DNA of 64,000 nt, taken from positions 2,294,001-2,358,000 of the forward strand of contig OX337229.1 of NCBI GenBank assembly GCA_946965045.2, read 5' to 3'. Shown here piece after piece: positions 59,331-64,000 of this stretch; the stretch's first letter is position 1, and each line of letters begins with the position of its first letter. The notes below the pieces were generated by a model. The model did no database searches. It was not told the origin of the DNA and was given only the letters and a program-made list of their open reading frames with translations. The stretch comes from Epithemia pelagica. Taxonomy: Eukaryota; Protista; Bacillariophyta. The translations under genes were made by a program, and so were the position numbers.

Positions 59331-60952
59331 ATGATGGTGTTCCATGACAGTGAGCTGACCAATGTCTGAAATTTTTGGACCGTGATTTAGGTCCTCGATA
59401 TATATGACACAAAAGGTATAATTTACAAGCCAAATGTCCCACATCATGATGTGAAAAGGGTCTGTCATTCCATAATATGAGCAAATGTGTTACTGTGAGA
59501 TCGGAGTCGTACACTCTTTCAATTCCCATTTGAAACAACGACGCATCATCCAATTCATATTTCATGTAACTAATGCATATTTCACAACATTTGGCAATGG
59601 ATTCATTGTACGTTTGTTTCATGGAAGTCGACAATTGCACATATTGAACCGAAAGACGTCGTTCCCATTGACGTGCAAGATCCTGTAATTCAGAGTTAAG
59701 TGTGGTTTGAAATCCGCGTTGGGGGGAATCGACGAAGGTTTGGGCGCCGCCGGAACTGCGACGGCCAAAGGTGGGTTGGTGTCATCATCGAGCGAAAGCA
59801 ATGTGGCCATTGGTGCAGGAGGAGGATCCTCCACTGGCTCTGGATGGGGATGTGTCCACCTGATCCGCAAGGGAATTTCCATGGATTAGTAGATGTGACT
59901 TTCCATGGGATTGGTGGTGGATCAATGTGGTATGAAGAACTCAGCTGAATGTCTCAGAGCAATGTGACATGGCATAGCAGAACAATCTACTATCAAAATA
60001 AAAACATCAGATCCATTGCAATATGATAAAGGTCATTTCTTTTTTGTAGCTTCTTGAGCTGTTCCATGACCGTTACGATTATCTTCTCCCCGATATTGAC
60101 AAGATAAACAAGACAACCAAACCTAAACAGAATAAGCACTATAGTAACTGTAATTGAATTGCCAGGTCCATAGAATGCCTTGTTCTTGTCACCATACACC
60201 TGGTAGTTTGTGAGAAAATTGGTAACACCAAAATATCTTCAGTAAAAACAAGCAACTCGTAATTATTGAATCAACGACGAAATCAACATCATGTTGGACG
60301 AGCTATGTCCCAAACAGAAGCAGTAATGTTTCTCTGTAGAGTCCCTCAAGTCTACACCAACATTGAATTTATTCATGTTTCCACAACAATCTTACAAGAA
60401 CGCCCTATTTTTGAGAAACCTGCATGCACACATCTTTATAAAACACCAACAGACAATCGATGGAACCTACAATGGCTGATTTATATGTTCTTGATGTAAC
60501 AGCACATATCTGTTATTCTCATGCTGTTCAAAGTGATATATAATACGATACATGTTATGGATGTAGTCTATTTTTTGAATCCAGAATTCTATTTTGCAGA
60601 TATGATTCTGTGTAAGAACTTACTACTACTAATCTCAAGTTCCCAATTGTCCTCATGTATTACAAATCTCGATTGATATCATTGTTGAATTTCATGACAG
60701 CCACTACTCTCATCAATCTTCTTTCTTGATTTGTTTTTCAGCATTACAACCACATTTTCCACACGAATTTGTCTTTACCCCGTTTTCGATATGTTTATGT
60801 CGTGTCTCTTCACAACAATCAACCGAGTTGGCGGATTCATTGAAACAATCCACAGATGGAAGAGACATGAAGTCGGGAAGATTGGCAACGGACATTTGGT
60901 CATCATTGTTGAGTTGGTTCATTTCTACCTCAGTCTGCCAGGCAGAAACTTC

Positions 60953-61370
60953 CTACTCAAGTTCTTGGCTGGGACGACGTTGGTTTGGTTTTTTGAATCC
61001 AACGATATGAGAAGCAGCGCCATGGGTAGGATTCCATCGAGTGCACTTTCCACACCAGAACCAGGTTTGACCTTTGATGACCTGGTGTTCAGGTGCACTA
61101 GAGGCAGGTGGAATAGTTTTCCACGGATGAGCATGGGACCGGTCAACGCGGGTGTTATTGCACTTATGAGGCAACTTTCCCTTCCTGTCGCGTTGATTGG
61201 AGCCTGGCTTGGTATTTGGCCCATTGCTTGGAGTGGGGTTGGTACCAGGCAGATAGCGGAGACCAACATCAATTGAGCTGTTTTCCATATGGATTTTTCT
61301 GCAAACACCATCACATTTTGCTTTATCTTTCTGATTATCATATATCTGGTGACAACATGGAAACATGCAT
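60953..61370 (-). pseudogene. Copia gag zinc-knuckle-like fragment
   Basis: WKTIPP...GQTWFWCGKCTRWNPTHGAASH. Confidence 0.6.
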
Positions 61371-61680
61371 GCGCAAGTTCTGTGAATTGGAATGGATATG
61401 CTCGCGCTCTAAAGCAGCCCGGATTGTATATGACGCGACACTGATATCATCGGCGCTGAGAAGGGGTTGTAGATATAACTTAGATATAACGAGTGAAATA
61501 TTTTGACTTTCAATGCATCATTTTTGGGCTCCGAATCCCAACTGTTCAGGAATTACAAAATTTACCACTTCGGAATCAGATTTTATCACTTTAATCTTTA
61601 TCTGCGACTCAACAGGACGGCTAGCTATACTAGCATGTGGGCTAGAGTTCCTAGCATGGTGATATTTCACTATGTCTTAA

Positions 61681-61970
61681 CTCTCCCTCTCATGGAGGAC
61701 AAAACATTTGGAATGAGTGACATGTTGTAAGCGAATTCACCACCCCTGGTTCAACTTGTGACATTTCTCAAAGAGTTCTCGTCCTTGACATTTAGTTAGA
61801 TAATCAGCATGTTGTTCTTCAGTATTAACCATGCTAACCTTTACTCCAGAGAAATGTAAGTAGGTATTAAAGTGCTTGGTTTGAGGTGTAAGATGTTTTT
61901 TTGTGGCTAAATAGTAAGCTCCACTATTGTCTTCGAACACGAGCTCGTGGAATTGTTGACTCCAAGACAA
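61681..61970 (-). pseudogene. Copia RNase H C-terminus and PPT, related to copia C
   Basis: FEDNSGAYYLAT...TKH...HADYLTK...KLNQGW, then GAGAGGGAGAG. Confidence 0.75.
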
Positions 61971-62739
61971 AGATGTTAAATGGGAAGGAAAAGGAGGCCT
62001 TGATGCAACTAGTCAGACAGGTGGAGCATCTCTTTTGCAAGTAGGTCAATTGGTCAGCCATACAAGGGCATTCTCCTGTAACAATGTCCATCCAAGTGGT
62101 GCCTACCCTCACTGATGAAGAAAAGAGTCGACATTCTTTTCTTCAATTGCTCTCAGAAGAAACATATTGCTTGACAACCAGATGTTTCCGCGCGAGGAAG
62201 GGGTTGTTCCAGTCATGAACAACCTGCTTACGCTTAAGAAAGATGATGCCGAAAGCAAGTTCGGCCAGAAATTTTTGGGAATGACTGTCTACTGGCACAT
62301 TGCAGTTCGTGGAGGCATCAAGATTGGTCAGATGAAGAAATGTGAAGATGCGGCCAAGGGCATGTTTGCTGATGACGATGAATAGCAACGAAACAAGAAA
62401 AATTCCTGATGCACGAAGAGATTTCCTATACATGAAGAGTAGTTCTTTGACCAAGAGATTTCCCATACATGATGACGAGTAGTTTAAACCGAAGTAGTAG
62501 TACAAAATCATATTGTTCTCATATAACACATCATTTTCTATAGATTACTGTCTTGGTGAGCAGCAGAAGGAGTTCACAAAGATCCTTGCTGATGCCTTGG
62601 TCAAGGGACTGGCCACTGTTGGTGCAGCCCCTACTGCAGCGACTTCCAGCAGTGCTACAATGGAGTGCATGGATGTGGTGGAAGAGAAGCTGCAGCGCAT
62701 GGACGAGAAAATAGAAAGTTTTTTCCCAGAAAAGCCATG

Positions 62740-63200
62740 TAGCTCGGAGAGTGCTGTACAGCGCTTTGAGCATTTCGACGTAAATCACAGGTTGGCCCTT
62801 TTTGTAGGTTAGGTATGGCTCATATGCTTCTTGGTCCACTTCCAGTAACAGTTCAGCCATGAGGCCCTGGATCCATATCCGAGTGCATTCTATGTCAATG
62901 CAGACATAGGTAATGGTTGTAATTTGAATCACACAGGATGGATAATATGTCTTGGCGCAAGCTTTTGGACTCTCCCAAGAATCACACTTGGTCTGTTGGT
63001 GACATAGTTGCGGTGAATTCTTCGATCATAATTTTCCTCAAGGATGGCTAAAAACTTCCAACATTCACAAGTCTGTGACCCGCCACTCTGTCGGACATGA
63101 AGATGCATCTGAACGAATCACGGTTTCCCTTTTGCGATCCATTGAAAGGGGAGGTTTTATCAAGAAACAACTGAAAACTCCAAAAAGATTACTAGCATGG
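62740..63200 (-). pseudogene. Degenerate copia RT fragment
   Basis: VIYVEMLKALYSTLRATWLFWEK. Confidence 0.6.
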
Positions 63201-64000
63201 TCGTTTCAGTATGAGAACTTGGCATATCCCTGGATTATATCATTGTAGTTCCATTCCTATATTGTAATCAATGCATATGAATCATGACACGATTATACTC
63301 CATAATACAATTCTCGAGAAATATTAGGCAGACTGAATTGTCCTTCATGACATCGTTCTGTCCAGTCACTCGACACGCACCAATACATATTTAGATTTTC
63401 TTCTTAGATAGGTGACCACCACCATTGTATGTCCAGGCTTGAACAAGAGATCCATGGACACTTGTATTGGCTTCACAAAATGTTGAGAGTCAATGGCATG
63501 AACAAAATGGATCAACATTTTGTTGCTATCAAATTATGAATCAAATGAAGTTAGAATAAGAGTTTATGGCTGCCAATTAATGGAGGAAGTCATTTCTATG
63601 TAATGATGTACTGTCTGTCTGCTTTTAGATATAATATGCAAAAACCCCACTCTCAGAACAACAACAAACTCTCACAACAGCTGTTCCTTCCTTTTATGCG
63701 AGGCAATATTCAGCAATTATTGGAAAATGATTGGAACCACATTGACACTCAATACAATGTTTCCGGACTCGAGAATGTTTCGGAACTGAGACAAAATGTC
63801 ATTCGACAAATCATGGCAAACAACTGCATTTCTTCAACCGATACCGGGTTCTATACACAAAAAGGAGTAATGGTGCAACGTGGTGTCTGTGCATACTATA
63901 TGGGAATGGATTTACCTTTACCTATCGGAACTATTATCTTGCCATCTGATCGACGAAAAATTAGTATCAACGTGAGCCCGCCACGACCACCATTAGAGGA

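Noticed and set aside
63697-64000. Open frame running off the window end
   Set aside because: Incomplete, with no diagnostic motif.

Overview
Eukaryotic, transposon-saturated window. It is most likely diatom/stramenopile, inferred from CoDi-like Ty1/copia proteins and short GT(A/AC)GT...YAG introns. No housekeeping gene, rRNA, tRNA or CRISPR was recognised. The core (about 23.2-57.0 kb) is one decayed minus-strand LINE (ORF1; APE-RT-RNase H ORF2) whose 3' end is split by four insertions: (i) copia A, 23737-31770; (ii) an intron-containing tyrosine-recombinase (Crypton-like) DNA element with 28-bp inverted repeats, about 32764-44384; (iii) a young intact copia B-, 33557-40965, nested inside it; and (iv) a sister copy B+, 44572-51980, in opposite orientation. 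The most unusual signals are these. The primer-binding sites match tRNA anticodon arms (Asn; Ile with G or inosine at position 34) rather than tRNA 3' ends. Gag and pol of family B are in frame, separated by a single conserved UGA. Some LTRs begin TA rather than TG. Family B makes 4-bp TSDs. The flanks hold a truncated copia, a decayed multi-RING gene, a PIF/Harbinger gene pair and many TE fragments. All calls come from motifs and manual alignment; no database search was run.
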